Below are positions 1 to 14,400 of a stretch of 64,000 nucleotides of DNA, one piece after another. The notes beneath the pieces were generated by a model. The model searched no databases. It was not told the origin of the DNA and saw only the letters and a program-made list of their open reading frames with translations. This DNA comes from Saccostrea cucullata (lineage: Eukaryota): NCBI RefSeq assembly GCF_032062105.1, contig NW_026935291.1, positions 434,001 through 498,000 on the forward strand. The letters are read 5' to 3'. The position numbers and the translations under genes are program-made. How positions within the stretch are numbered: the first letter of the stretch is position 1; the number at the start of each line of letters is the position of its first letter.

Positions 1-31
1 CCTCTTTTTTCGGTTAATACAACATCCTCAG

Positions 32-3000
32 ATAGTTCCAAATAGAGGTTTAATGTCCAAAGAAACCTGGTTCTGGTCCTGGCATCGTTACGGCACAGGT
101 GCGCTCCACAAAAAGTGTCTTCTAGCTTGATTCCCGAGATCTTCCAAATGTGTCTTTTACATGTTAAATACTTGAATGAGTTATAAAGAAGTCATTCGAT
201 TTTAAATATTGCTTTCTAATCTTGTAACACAGCTCTTTTATTTTCATTTGTGTTGTTTTTATAAACCTTTAATTTATGTGCATTATGTACTTTTTATGTA
301 GATCTCAAGAAAAGAAATGTTTCAGGTAAGAGACCTGAATAAACGAGCTTTTAATTTGGTATGTTTTTCTTTATTTTGAGATTTTTTATCACTCACAATG
401 TGACATTTTCTTGCATCTCTGATGAATTTCTTACCAATACATTCTACATTCTGGTTATTAGCTGAGGGGTATATCTCTGTAGATTTATCATTCGACGTTT
501 ACAAAATTAAACGGGGAGCGCATAGGGATAATTCATGTCATATTCTTGGATGCGTCCAAAAAATCAAAGTACTCAGAAATACAGAGAGCCGGGCTCATTT
601 ACAGAGTAGAATGAATTTCTTACATGAATCATACGTTTATATTCTGATGAAAAAAATATTTTAAAACTATCAATATAAATGATAAGACACTGACAGTGAA
701 TTTTGCGATCCTAATACCACGGTCCGATTTTGTCAGAATCAGAATTAATCTGGTACGCAGCTGAATGTAAACAAACAGGCTAGTCTGGTTCCCTCTCCTG
801 CTTTACCTCGTATGTGTAGAGAACTACGATAACACTGATTATCAAAAATCCTTACGCTAATGAACTATGTTCTTTGACTTAGAACTGAAGTTTCCAAAGT
901 CATTACTACTTATGTTTTATAAAGTTAAAACTTCGTTTTGTTTTTGTTGCTTTAATTAGCGTTTGTATTATCTCAAAAACCGGTTGAGAGCAAGAACTAT
1001 ATTTTTACTCGTAACTTTAAAATGGCGACTATGGGGTTGACTTCCTGCCTTGAACAGGATGACATAAGCCGGCAATTGCTCTTTGAGCAATAAGCCCGGC
1101 TAATGAATGAAATACTTTTGTTTCAGTCGATCCGCATCAGTTTCTACCATTGGACCATTTCATAGATTTCTTCCAAGTTCCACAGATATCGAAGATGAAG
1201 GTATCATCAAACGGCTCCAAATATTCTGACATCATCACAGGTAAGTGAGCAAGAAAATCAGGAATATGAACTTTTAAGTTCTACATGTACTTACAGGCTT
1301 TAAGAAAAGAAGAAATGACTTTTTTAAAAATAACAAAACAACAGAACATGCAGAAGAGTGTCTCGCAGAAATATAAAAAGATGTTTTAAATTGGCTATCA
1401 TTTGTGAGTTTTATACCTTTTTAGGTCATGCAGACCCCATGGATTTTTGGGACAACACGTTATGGCGATTTATCCCCCAGAACTACAAGAATGACTTAGA
1501 GCCGACCGTCACCACGCCATATCTGATCCGCCATGTACAACCCAATATAAAACTCATCCTACTACTCAGGGAACCAGTGGAAAGGTTCTCATATTTGTTT
1601 TAATATTAACACAATACAATTAACATTTTTATATAATCCCTATTTACTCAAACAGTATACGCATCTTAAGGTCCACTATCCTCTCTTCTTTACTCACATA
1701 AAATTTTGCTTCGATGCAAAGGATCTTCCAATTAAAAATGTTACATTTATTAAAATTCACAAAATTCAGACTCTCCAGGGGAATAAAAAAAATAGTCTTT
1801 TATTTATAAAGGAATAATAGATGAAACCCCGTGCATGCGTGGGGAATTGAATTTATAGTTACCAATAACGACAGTTTTACTGACAGTCTAGGCCTATAGG
1901 AGGAAGAAAAACTTTGTTCGAAATCCCGCATAAAGTAGATGTACGTCTCCACCACCCCACCCCCACCCCCCTGAAAAACAATAATTTCATTATTTGACGT
2001 TTATTGTGAAACCTGTTACACTATGTTATGGATATTGTACTTCAGATGTTCTTATTTCATTTCCGTGAAGGATAAAAGCAGTGAATTTGAATATGCACAT
2101 TTTACTGATAAATTGATTTGAGGTAAGCTGGGGGGGGGGGGGGTTACTTTGGACTTGGTTTATAAATATGTATGTACCTTATTGATATGTGAAAAAAATA
2201 TCGTATAAGGTACATACATTTTCATATGTATAAGCCAAGACCAAAGTACCTGTGTAAAAATTAGCTTTTAACGCCCTATAAATAAGCCGGTAGACTGTAT
2301 TCAGAAAAAAAAACTGAAATGGATTGATTAAAGCACAAAACTTTACAGCTTTAATTGTATATGAATAATATCTTACTCATTAATTTTCTTCAATCTGATT
2401 GAAATCAGATCCTTTGATTTGCTCACACAGATCACTACGTAGCGATCAACGTGAGCAAATCAAAGGATCTTATTTTAAACTAATTGTACTTCCGGTTCGT
2501 TGCAATGATGCTCTCAGTAAGGGAAATTTAAATTTTACCTATAAATTTATTAGAAAAACCTACTACATATATGTTATAGTCTTTCAATATATCAATATAT
2601 TCAGTACTTATTTAAGGAATAACTGTCTTATTTTTCGATTTCATGGTGTGATCAATCGATTGGGTTGCGTGATAATTTGCATAAACGACGAAGGCGTTTA
2701 TGCAGAAAATTATCACGTAAGCCAATCGATTGATCATCGTCATGAAATTGAAAAAATCTGACAGTTATTCCAATATTCCTTATATTTACATGCTTTGATT
2801 CCGCCAATCCACGTTCTCCAAGCCCTGCTCCTGTCCAGCTGTTTGTTCCGCTCTGCACGTGGTTTTTTTTAGAACCGCGCCAATACATTGATGGGGAAAT
2901 AAAGTACATTTACAATTTGAAATTTTATCTCGGACAAAGACATTGGAAGTGTAAATATTAGGAAATAAATGTTGCCAGTTTCATTAAAATTGCGAATAGC

Positions 3001-6000
3001 TTAATATATGATCCGCCAATCGGAAACCCATCTTACTCATTTTTGCTATTTCTTGGCTGTTTATAGAAAAATATTTACATTTGCAAATGTTTTTCTTAGA
3101 TGAACCTTTTGAAGAGAAAATATGTTCAGTATTCTGTAATGTATGAACTTATTTGGGGGTCAGAAGTCATAGCGCGACCGAATCGGCGAGATGATATTTT
3201 GCCTACATAGTACAAATATTTCTGTCACGGTTTCGGAACATTTCTAAATTAATAGCAAGGAAAGATAAATGATTGAAAAATATGGATTTTTTTCAATCAG
3301 CATGCAGATGTACAATAGATTGTCTTTTGATGTGAAAAATGTTTTGAATACTATATATAATCAACCTAAAACCGCACTTCCCTTTTAACCCGAAATTCCT
3401 TTGGAGTTACGTAAACTAAAACAGGCGATACCACTGCTTTTGACTTCAAATATTTTCAGAACTGTGAAATAAAAAGTTTATTCTCAACAGCGATTATTTT
3501 TCTGGCATTATATATAAACTGAGAATTCCTGAAGTGGACTGCTGAACATCATTGTAAACATTCAAATCTTGGAGCGAGGCGAACTTTTAAGACCTTCGGG
3601 CTTCACAGGATTTGATAACGTGACCAACTTCATTTCCCAGTGAACTTTTTAACATAGTTGTTTATTTCTTAATCAAAGTTGACGTTTAATTTAATGTGCG
3701 ATACTTGCTATGCGAGTAAAATCTAAATATAAATTACGGGCATCATCTTGTATATACATGTAGCATATTAATAGAGGAGTAAGTAAGGACTCTGGTGCAC
3801 CCATTTCGGAATTTATTTGCAAAATGCATTAATTTATATGTATAGATTTATTCCAGTGGGAGTTATCTTTCTTAACAGAGGGCCGTTGGTCCTTAATTAT
3901 TATTAACTTGGGAAAGAGAACAGAAAGGATTTATCTCTTGGGGTTTATCAAGCTATACTCGCAATCCGTTACCTGGCCATCCCCACCCCCTCATTGTGTC
4001 AAAGTAAAACAACTCCTACTCCCACATATTAAGTATATTTTTAGGCTTTTCTGCTTGAAGATCTTGTATATACTTCCCCTGTCCTCGTATTATAAAGTTA
4101 ACCAATTTAAGCTCCTGGATTATACATCCTTTTATGTCATCTGTTGTTCTTTCTATCCAGATTATACAGTCAATACTACCATCTTGGTTTCGGGACGTCA
4201 CCAGAGGATTTCCATGTAGATGTGTCGGCCTCCATGAGGTACATAGAACGATGTCGGGGTCGGGACGGTCTACGGTCCTGTCTCTATAACAGGTCCCTTC
4301 TAAGGGATATGCCGGTAAGTTGTGATCTAAAATGTAATAACAAGCATTCTGAGATTATTGCATAAGCAATATATGTCCCTACCGGGTTCCCCTTTTCTCT
4401 TTGGGATACAAGCTCGTTTGGAACATTAATTCAGTGCATCAAGAACCCGATCGTAATCCCAATTATTAAAAGAAAAAAAAAATGCGATAATTCCGTCAAA
4501 AATCAATGACGCGGAACGAAATTCAAACTTGATCTTTACTCATCATGCAAGATATACTTCCATGCCAAAAATCAGTCAATATCTGCAAGCGTTTAGTCAA
4601 AAACTGCGGAAAACCAAGTAGGACAGACTGTTAGACAGACGACAGACGGACGGACTGACAGAATCAGAGGAAACCTATAGTCCCCTCCGGTTTCACCGGT
4701 AGGGGAATGATAATAAACTTCTATCGAATCGGGTTTTACCAGTAAAGTTATGATCTATAAAGTTTTAATGTATAAACTTCCTCTACCGAACATTTTTTGT
4801 TTTAACTTTAGAAGGATTATTGATGAGTTCATAAATGCCATTGTCCAAAGTTATTTTAAAGCTAGTGAATTTAGCTTTTCTGGTGTTTTTTTTCCCCGAG
4901 GGTTATGTCAAGCACATGTTTGTTCGGACAATATGCGATTTTTTAAATTATAACTCCGATTTTGAAAGTGTTTTGTCTGAATCTTTCTATTTTCTAGTGT
5001 TAATGACAAGATCTTAATTACCTCACCTTTTGATATTTTCTTGAATAAGATAAATAAAAGAAAATCTATAATTCACTGTTATACATGTTATACACGCGCT
5101 CTGCTGCATAAGTTTATGTCCTGTACTTATTAAATCATAAATCGTATTTTACTTTCATGAAATAAACAGTCGTCTTTTTGTAGACCCCGCTTTATTCCTC
5201 CTTTTACGATGTCCACATAGCCAACTGGTTAGATGTCTTCCCGAGAAACCAGATGTTCATCGTCCGAACCGAAGACTTCTCCAAAGACATTAGATCTCAC
5301 CTTTTACATTTGTTCAAATTTCTTGAAGTTGGTAAGAAACATATCCGAAATCATAACTACCCACGGTATTAAACACGGAAGAAAAAAAAGAATTGTGATG
5401 ATTTAGCCTAAAGAATGACCTGCGACTCATCTAGCAATCTATCAAATGCAACATATATTTTGACATTTAAGATGTATCTACTGCAGTATTCATCCAACAA
5501 CTAAATAAATCTAAGAAAATGATAGTACTCATATGGATTATGAAGGTCATGAAGGAATTTTTATTTCTTTTCATTTTAAGTGAAAAATGTAAATATATAT
5601 CACTTGCAATCGAAATGGTTCTTTCTTCACAGGAATAAAAGTGATTAATATGTTATTCTTATTGAATATGGCAGACATCATATTTTACAATATGCTTCGC
5701 ATGAAAGAAAAATGGATCTTGATACATGTATACATATATGTCTGGATTTTAGATAAACAATTCATCTTTCTAAATGCACCACCTTGAATTATTTTCATGA
5801 AAACAGGTTTAAACATCTTTCATATGATTTTTTTTCTTTAGTGTAAAGTGCGTTAAAAAGGCACACTTACTTAAATGACAATATCATTAATATAATTCTC
5901 ATTTTTCCCCATATTATCTTCTTTTTTGATAGATGATGTGTCAGAAACATTATTAAACAGAATGTCACAGATGTCTCACAGGTACAAATCAGTCTTCAAG

Positions 6001-6126
6001 GACAAAGCTGGACCAATGTTAAACCGCACTAGGCGCATGCTCAGAGACTACTTCCGGGAGCCTATGAGAAGGCTATCACATCTTCTTAATGACCAAAAAT
6101 ATACATGGGCTGACGTGTATGGATAG
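32..6126 (+). CDS. CHST15: Carbohydrate sulfotransferase 15-like (GalNAc4S-6ST family), 3' part; 5' exons lie upstream of the window
   Basis: Phase-consistent GT-AG exons 32-98, 302-325, 1127-1240, 1425-1584, 4161-4314, 5184-5331, 5933-6126. Peptides KETWFWSWHRYG, TPYLIRHVQPNIKLILLLREPVERLYSQY (3'-PAPS-binding R..S motif), WLDVFPRNQMFIVRTEDF and PMLNRTRRMLRDYFREPMRRLSHLLNDQKYTW resemble CHST15-family C-termini. The symbol is family-level, not proven orthology. Confidence 0.85.
2145..2248. mobile_element. Short foldback/MITE-like inverted repeat
   Basis: tactttggacttggtttata...tataagccaagaccaaagta, with inner atgtatgtaccttat/ataaggtacatacat arms. Confidence 0.6.
2407..2470. repeat. Palindromic element core (20-bp perfect arms), probable MITE fragment
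   Basis: agatcctttgatttgctcac (2407-2426) and gtgagcaaatcaaaggatct (2451-2470) around gatcactacgtagcgatc. A related half-site occurs at ~27111-27130. Confidence 0.6.
4339..4715 (+). mobile_element. Non-autonomous Helentron/HINE (pearl/CvA-like) element
   Basis: Starts AACAAG, has a (GACA/GACG)n tract at ~4620-4660 and a subterminal hairpin cccctccggtttcaccggtagggg before ATAA, the architecture of bivalve pearl/HINE elements. Confidence 0.65.
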
Positions 6127-6779
6127 CAACTTCTCGGCGTGCTTTAAAACCGAGGATAGCAGCAAAAAGACGCATTAGAAAGATAAATTCAGTCTTTCGT
6201 GTTGAAAAAAAAGAATATTGTTTGATTCGAACATTTCTTAAAAAGAAATGAGGTTTGACAGAAAAAGGCTTTTTAAAAGTACATCAAAAGCAGATGGTGC
6301 ATGTTTTATTAATGCTAACTGGCATAAATATAGCTTATCGTTAAAGATTGTCATTGTAAATGATATTCTCTAAATGTGGATTCTCTTACACCCATGAGAA
6401 GAAGATTTCCAGGAAATATTCTGTAAGAATCTGTCTCAATAATATTAATTAAAATTGGATTATATGTATTTGATTTGAATTTTATAGAAATTTACGTCAA
6501 TGAGTCAAACGATAAATACGATTGTGGACGAGTGAAATCAGTTTTAATACAAGTTTTTGGGAAAAATTGTATCGCTGTCTATCGTTTCATCAGATGTAAG
6601 CATTTTATTTATTTATTAATGATTTATATCTTTAATCATATGCATAAGTTAATTTTTATTGTTTAAAGATCGATACTATACCTGTGAAACTTTACCAGAT
6701 AAAATATTCAAGCGTTAATATGAAGCATCTTAAATGCTACTTATAACGCTATTTTAATGTTATAAAGTGCTAAAGAGCC

Positions 6780-7235
6780 CCACCCTCTCCCCATTTTAAC
6801 CCCAATCTCTCTACTTTCAACTCTCTCCAGCCTCTATGCCCTCTACTCTCTACTTTTAATACCCACACCAACTCCCACTCTCTCTATCTCCCCACTCTTT
6901 TTCTCCTCTCCGACTCCCCCCCACACTCTCTCTGTCCTCTCTCTCCACTCTCTCTCTCCTCTCTGACTCCCCCTGTACTCTCTCTCCCCACTCTCTTTTT
7001 CTCCTCTCTCCGACTCCCCCCTTACTCTCTCTATCCTTACTCTGTCTATCCTCTCTCTCTAACTCTCTCTCTCTAACTCTCTCTCTCCCCACTCTGTCCC
7101 TCCCCACTCTGTCTCTCCTCTCTCTCTCTCACTCCCCCTCTCCCTTGCCTCTCTCTCGCCACAGTGACTCTTTCTCTCCCCACTCTCCCCCCCGTTCTCT
7201 CTCTCTCCATTGGCTCCCCACTAGCTCACACTCTC
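6780..7235. repeat. CT-rich low-complexity tract
   Basis: Near-pure C/T with ctctctcccc-type units; explains the spurious RE-rich minus-strand ORFs. Confidence 0.9.
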
Positions 7236-10059
7236 TTTTTGTGGCTTTGACTTTATTATACCTCAACCTTGCGAAAAAACTGTATTTATAATTGATAAAG
7301 AGATGTTTCAAAGTTTTTAGAAATTGAAATAATGAAAAAATACCTATTCTGGAATGAAAGGAGAATTCTTATCCTTTTTATAAAAGGTATTATAAAATGT
7401 TTAATCTTGATAATTTTACTTTTAGTTGGAATTAGCAGAATGGTTAATATTTTAGCAAAAAATGAATGTGATTTAATATTACAAGGGCGATAACTTCAGT
7501 CAACAGAAACTACTACTTTTCAGTTCACAATTTGATCATTGCGCGATATCCTTGCACATTTAATTTTATCTGCTAGACCAACAATATCTGAATACATGTA
7601 CTTACTAAAATGCGAGGAACGTGATATATCAGCTTGAAATTCAAGCGGATATCATTTGTTTTATCGTTATGAAAAGTTAACACATTTTTCACAAGAAAAC
7701 ATTGATGTAACCATCAATTGTATGAAGTAAACAATGAAATTGAGTCTTGATCATCAAAACGCTTCGATATGTGTGAAAAGGCATGCGTCTAAAAGATGGA
7801 GACGATAGTCGCAAATATTTTGAAAACTTATAGTCGGATAAAAATCAAACAAAAACGATACCATTTTAAACTTGATCAATTCCTCAAGTAAATGTTGGCT
7901 GCATAAAATATAAATTAAAGTTAGACACATGCATAACCCATATTCAAAAATGTATTAATTTTCAATTTTAAAATATAAAACACGAACTGTGCAGAGTACG
8001 TTTTTATGCGAGAAGTAAAATTCGATGTTCTAAAAAAGGGGACCTGTCGTTTTTTCGATAGTAAATGATAAGCAACTTTATATATGAAATATGAAAAACA
8101 TGTATATTTTTACCGATTCACTTTATGGAAGTAAATATATTATGTATCTCGTAATTTATTAACGGAAAGAACTTCTGATTAACAATCTTTTCAACGTTTA
8201 GAAAACCTTTAATTATAAATAACTACTCCCACCCCAATTCCCATACACCAACACTTAAACTTATATGTATAGAGCAGCCCGGTCCTCCGGGCTGCAATAA
8301 CTTTTGTCCTGTTCAGACGTTGCGTAATTGCGTTGAATTTTAATCAAAATACACTTGCATCAAGACTCTCTCACTGAGTATTTCATTTTTTTGTATATAA
8401 ATGTTCGTTTTTTTAAATTTAAATACGTATTGTGAATAAATCTGCATGTCGTGTACTATACATGGTTCTACTTTTTTAACTATAGATTTCCGCTAACAAT
8501 TCTGAATAACCGTTAGGCCGTCAGTGTAATTTGAGTAAATGTTCACCATATTACAGGTCCTGGTCAGGCTTCTGGGAAAATTAAAATCATTAAATGAAGC
8601 GTCATTCTATCAAAAAATTAGAGACAAGCAAGTTATGGGCTTAAAAAAATTGTTAAAGCGTTGCCTCTTTCGGTAAGTCATACTACCGGTAGTACGTGTA
8701 GGCGCCCATCTACATATTTATAGCATTTTCCTTTACAAAAGACAACATTAATAAGTTTGTAAATTGAAGGTAGTAAACATGTAAGAAATTCGAAATTCCT
8801 TAACCCCCGCCACCCCACCCCCCGAAAAAAAAGGTTGTCCCCAGACCATATTTTAATGACGAGAGCAAAAGTATACCCAATGAGATTCATACTGCAGTGC
8901 ATGATTTGGAGACGAGCGAATCTTATTTACAATAAATTATCAATCCTGTCTTCAATGTGTAGAATTAAAACAAACTATAGTCATTCATATTATTATTATG
9001 ATATCCCCTCATCAGAATCTATGAGATATGTCCGATGTTTTACAATGTATGAGAGAAGATTATTCATTGTCAAATTCTCCCATTTGAGCAAATTTATGCA
9101 TGAGAGAAAAAACCCTTAATGCCAATGAGTAAAATTACCACATCTTGGGTAAAAACATCACATCTGACACGTTTTCTCCCATCGGAGAAATGTGGGAGAG
9201 TTGCTAGGACTAAAAACCCCATCATTCTCCTATGGGTGTTTTTACTTTTAGGACTTCGTATCTTTAAAAAAGGGATGTTTGTGAGTTCAACATGAGACCC
9301 TGAAATACTCTAATTGCTATAATTTATTTTTAGTCATCACAATTAGAAAGGGTAGTAAAAAGTCTGGACAATGTCGTGTCCGAAGTGAAATTATATTTTG
9401 TTCCAAACATTAAAAAACCCAGTATTCTACGAAGTTTACTTTTGGACTTTACACCGAACAAGAACTGACTTTAGCAGAGTTATCTTTCTTTTTCCAGATA
9501 TTACATGTCCCTACCTCGAACGCAGCCACGTGATTTACATTTGAAATTCTGTGATATTGTAAAAGTCTCTCTGCAATGACTAGGAAGCTGAATCATTTTC
9601 AGGACCGGTTGCCCTTGACGGAGGGATAAATCGGATAAGACCATAATCTTCTAATTTGTTAAGGCAATTACCATTTTCCATTATAAGATTACTATATTGA
9701 TCCCAATGCCTAAAGGGCAAATGATAAAATATTTCCACAAAATTCAAGAAAATATGTAACAACTGAAGTTATGCTTTTGATGAGTAGAATGAATATAAAT
9801 TTAACCGCATAGATTTTTAGTTAAATTTTCACAGTATTAATGCTTTGTAAAATAAAAAAAATGTATAGATTTATAGATTCACGGAAAAAGATGCAGAATT
9901 TTGAACACCATAAAAAGATAACAACTTTACAATATTTTATAAAATTTAATTTAGATCATTTACAATCACAATGTAATATTTCGTGATCAGTAACTCATCG
10001 AAAAAATGTAATTCAAATCCATTATTTGATGCAAGTTTGAGAGTGTTCATTCCTTGATG

Positions 10060-10716
10060 CACTATCCTTTGAGTTTAGTACAGATAGGCTTATAGTTTCT
10101 TCGTAGTGGACCTGCATCAAAAAATTTTAATTTGGCGCCTGTGGCTATCAGGAAAATTTAGATCAAATCCAGCATCCCAAAAAAGCCTGATATAATATGC
10201 ATCCTTAGACTGGGTCTTGAAGAAAACTTGCATAGATGATACACCTATGTAAGACTGGTAGTGTGTATTTTTAGATGTATCATCCCTACAAGTTTGGTCA
10301 ATATAGGACTTATAGGTACAAGTACTTTAAATGAACCTGCTCCAAAAACTTGGTCACTCATCCGGAAAATGTAAGTCAGATCCAGCAAGCCTGGTAGTGT
10401 GTATCATCCGTGCAAATTTGGTCAACATACATGCATGTAGGGCTTATAGTTGATTGGAACGAGACCTTTTGCAAAAGCTTTCACTCGCTCCAAAACCTTA
10501 TCTGCTCTAAAAACATTAAACTTGTCATTCTTTAGCTGAAGCCTTGACTGGTACAATGAAACACATTAGAAACATCTTCCATGCATCTCTGATTAATGCA
10601 GGGGTTAGAAGTACCTAAAAAGAAAACTGCTCCAAACACTTTAACCTGGGACGTCGATGACGACGGTATCACATGTGTAGCATAAGCTGCCCCCAACTTC
10701 GTTGAGGCGAGTCAAA
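10060..10716 (+). mobile_element. HINE-like element with degenerate internal repeats
   Basis: Repeated ctgctccaaa, ctggtagtgtgtat and tttggtcaa motifs; ends gacgtcgatgacgac...ctgcccccaacttcgttgaggcgag-AAAAA hairpin. Boundaries approximate. Confidence 0.45.
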
Positions 10717-11486
10717 AAATAATAGCAATAGCATATTTATAATTATATGTAAGGTTTAGTAGTTTTACCAGGGGGCACTTTCAACTGGTAAAAACTATTG
10801 AACATTACGACATGAATCAAACCATGCTGTTTTTAAAAATTAAACTGGCATATAATTTTTAAGATTTTTAAAAACACAAATAGCACGTCAGTGCAAGGAG
10901 CATTTTATTCATAAACTGACTTCAATTGCAAAAATTATAAATAACAAAATTAGTTAATTAACAATGGGATATAAAAACAAATGGTAACACTACACACATT
11001 TAATGTAAAGAAGTAACGACACATTCACGAAAATGACATAAATTCAAAGAACATAGGAGAGCACCATGTTTTGTAGAGGTAAAGACACATTCGCGACTTC
11101 TCGGGCCTTTCCCACGAGCGGATTTCCGACCTCACGGAAAGGCCCGTGATGATGCGATTGGTATTGACAGGGAAGTATGCAGTCTCTCACAAGAGGGCGT
11201 TTTACGTTCCGTTCCGTAAGCGGAGCGCTGCCTCTGGTGAGAGAGTGGGAAGTATGAAAGGTTTTGTACAAACAGTTCGTGGTTCATCTTACTCGTATAA
11301 AATTCTAAATACAGTAAAGCATATAATAAATTATATCACAGATTCAGCTTGAACACAGTTTTCTACAATTTTGGCAAATGCAATATTAGAAAGACAAAGT
11401 GATGTGGAAGACGATTGGATCCTCGATGTGACCTTTGACCTATGTCATATTGCTAACATGGCTGGATCCATGGCGTGACCTTTGAC

Positions 11487-14400
11487 TTATGACAAATTGA
11501 CGTTGGTGCCTTGTATGATGAGATCATGGTCACCGGACAAAATATCGTCATGTGTTTCCTTACCCTGTAGACCTAAAAATAGAAACAATGGCATTCTTAT
11601 AGAAAATCCCAGAGATCGAAAAATGCTTTTTTTTTTTTACTAATGAAAAAACATATATTGAAACAATTCGTTGTTTATACCCGACCCCCCCCCCCCAAAA
11701 ATAAAATAAAATAAACTCACTTAAGTGTTTATGGAGGAACCCTAGGGAGGCTTTGTTGGCTAATGACATGGCAGTCTTTGGAGACAGAGTATACCGGACA
11801 TCTAACACACGCCCCACCGCTTTATTGACCAGAAACTGGAAGTCTGTTACGCTTTGGTGACAAGTACCCCTAAGATAAAAAAAAAAAATCTTAAATTTCG
11901 TTAAAAAATTAACATCCTAAAATCTAATTGTATAATTGTTCACTTTTTCATCCTTACTTTATAAGATAGGGAAAAGACTTTGAAATAAACCCCATAATAA
12001 AAAAAAATTGTCGTATGAATATCTTAAAAGCGTGGGCAAAAAATATTATAATCCGAGGATAGACTTTGTTGTCGAACGCCTTAGACGCCTTTTAAAGAAC
12101 TCTTAGCCATCGTTTTATTTTTCTTTTTTAACAAGAGCATCCAGTTTCCCTTTTTACACTCGTTCTTCGTCCTACACTATATAATTGGTTTCTTTTGTTC
12201 GGTTATAAATTGAGATATATAAAATATAAAATACTGTTTATTATATCTGCTAAATAGAAATTTATAATTTATCGAATTTTATAATCGATAAACGGGAGGC
12301 ACCTTTATTTACTCGCTTGACGACTTGGACTTTGTCCTTTCTTGAGATATAATTCTGCGGTTTTTCGGTACACACAGTTCCCATTCATAATGACATATTT
12401 GGTTGCGGTTTATCGTTTATATACTCCTACTAGAGGCCTTCAACACCTACTCAGGCTTTAGATTAAGAACAGGTAAAAAAAATATCAAAAGTGATGACTT
12501 ATAACTTAAACGTTTACCGAATCATCATTTTCATGATGTAAAGGACGATTCACATTTTTTTTTCTTTTCGTTTTTTTTTTTTTACTTCGAAGCCACTACA
12601 AAGCGAAAAATATTTGTAGCTTTTCGAGCAAAACATAAGACCTTGAATAGTTGCCAGATAAACGCAATTAAACTGTTTGTCGTTTACAACGATTTTTGTT
12701 TATTAATATTTACACTCTAAGCAGGTTAGTTAATTAAGGAGGCTCGAACCACTGTACACAAAAGAGTTCTAATTTCATGGAACTTATTTGCTGCATTAAG
12801 AAAGTTTGCTATATTTCCTACGTAGTATGTACACATGTATTTTGTCCGTTTTAAGAAGCATCTCTCTGATTTCCTTTAATTCATGTTCTATTGTCTTTAT
12901 TATATTTTCATTAGGAAAAGGCTGTTAACCTTTATTGAAATGTCAAGGTACACTTTGAGGCGTAACTCCAGCAAATTTATTAGCAGTGAACATGTACAAT
13001 CAATTCTGGTTCCTTGATATACTTCTTACGACAGAGATAGTCATCTAACAAGCATCCTAACTAATCTTCATCTTTCATTGCATTGTCATTGCACGTAAAG
13101 AAATAACAAACCCACTCGTATCGCAAAACCACAACAAAAGTTTTCTACAATGTACAGCCCCACACTTGTTTTCTTGCCTAGAGTTTTGGATTCCCGAAAC
13201 GCCTTTATTTTATTTTGTCAAAAAACACAATTTTCTCCACTGTAAATAATGTGTTAATTTTATCAATATAAATTCGATCTTCTATCTCGTTAGTCGTTAT
13301 TATACATGTATAAAGATAATGAGATAAGGATTATTTTTAAATATAAATTTAATTCTGGTTGTAACGCTGTATTTGATTGGATAAAGAATTACTTTATATC
13401 GTATAAAATGGGTTGCCTACGTCACAATGACTTTCGTCAAACACGTATCAATCCGCCTGACGTTATGTGTGCACATTCAAATTTTGTACAAATTTAAGTC
13501 ATTTTGTTAGAACAATCATCTTTTTTTCTTACATCAAATAAGTGAAAATTAAATTATAATTAAGTCGTACTTGATTGTGATCATGTTGCGTCTTTCTGTG
13601 TCTTCCGTCATCAATTTCATCATTTGTTCTAGTAATTGATGAATGTATTATAGTTGGATATTTACAAAATTCACAATCTTACATTGATATGGAAGGATTC
13701 CATGTTTAGCATTACTGTGGACCCTTAAGGAGTAGCATTTGATGTTTCCCACATTTATTTGCCTGATCATAGAAAATTGCTTTATTTCTCGTCCAATATA
13801 ATGGATATTGTGTGCATAATGCCTATTAGACCATCCATAGAATTTACACATATGATAAGGATTCAGGGGCTAAAGTTGTTATTTTACATTATGACGCAAC
13901 AGCCATCAAAGTGTGACCATGTAAAATATCAATTTAATTGATCGCAAAAAAATGTATCCTGTATAGAATTTTTAAGTATCTAAGATGATGTTTTAAATTA
14001 CTAGAAAGACCCCCCCCCCCCCTTGTTTATACAGAAACTAGCAATATCTGTAAAAATTGTTTGGCAGCTTTTCAAAAAAATAATTAACATTTTATTGATT
14101 TTCAAATACGTATATTTTCAAAAGTTGAACTGATAATTTTAATTGCAAATTCAACAATTTATGATTGTCGCACCTAAATACGTGCAAAAAAAAATTATGT
14201 GCAAAATATTTCCCAGAGAGAAGTTGGGTAGGGATTTTCCTGCTATTTATAGGAGTGTTTAATGCATCTTTTTTGTTTTTATTCGCATAAAGTAGAGTCT
14301 TATCTTAATATTTAAAGAAAAAAATGTGCATTTATTTTTAGAACAAAAAAAATTGTGAGACTTTTTAAAACAAAACATCCAGTTTTTTGCAGAAATTATT

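Noticed and set aside
6856-7311. Arg/Glu-rich minus-strand ORFs (also 17888..18109)
   Set aside because: They are translations of CT-rich or (CT)n repeats, with no splice or domain support.
11146-11152. C/D or H/ACA snoRNA call for the hairpin island
   Set aside because: A C-box-like GTGATGA is present but no CTGA D box lies at a plausible distance, and there is no correctly placed ACA tail on either strand.
11429-11488. DR1 nuclear-receptor elements (tgacctttgacct) near the PAF-AH stop
   Set aside because: They are part of a short local duplication, and TGACCT/AGGTCA words are abundant in this window's repeats (e.g. 49850-50555), so the match is uninformative.
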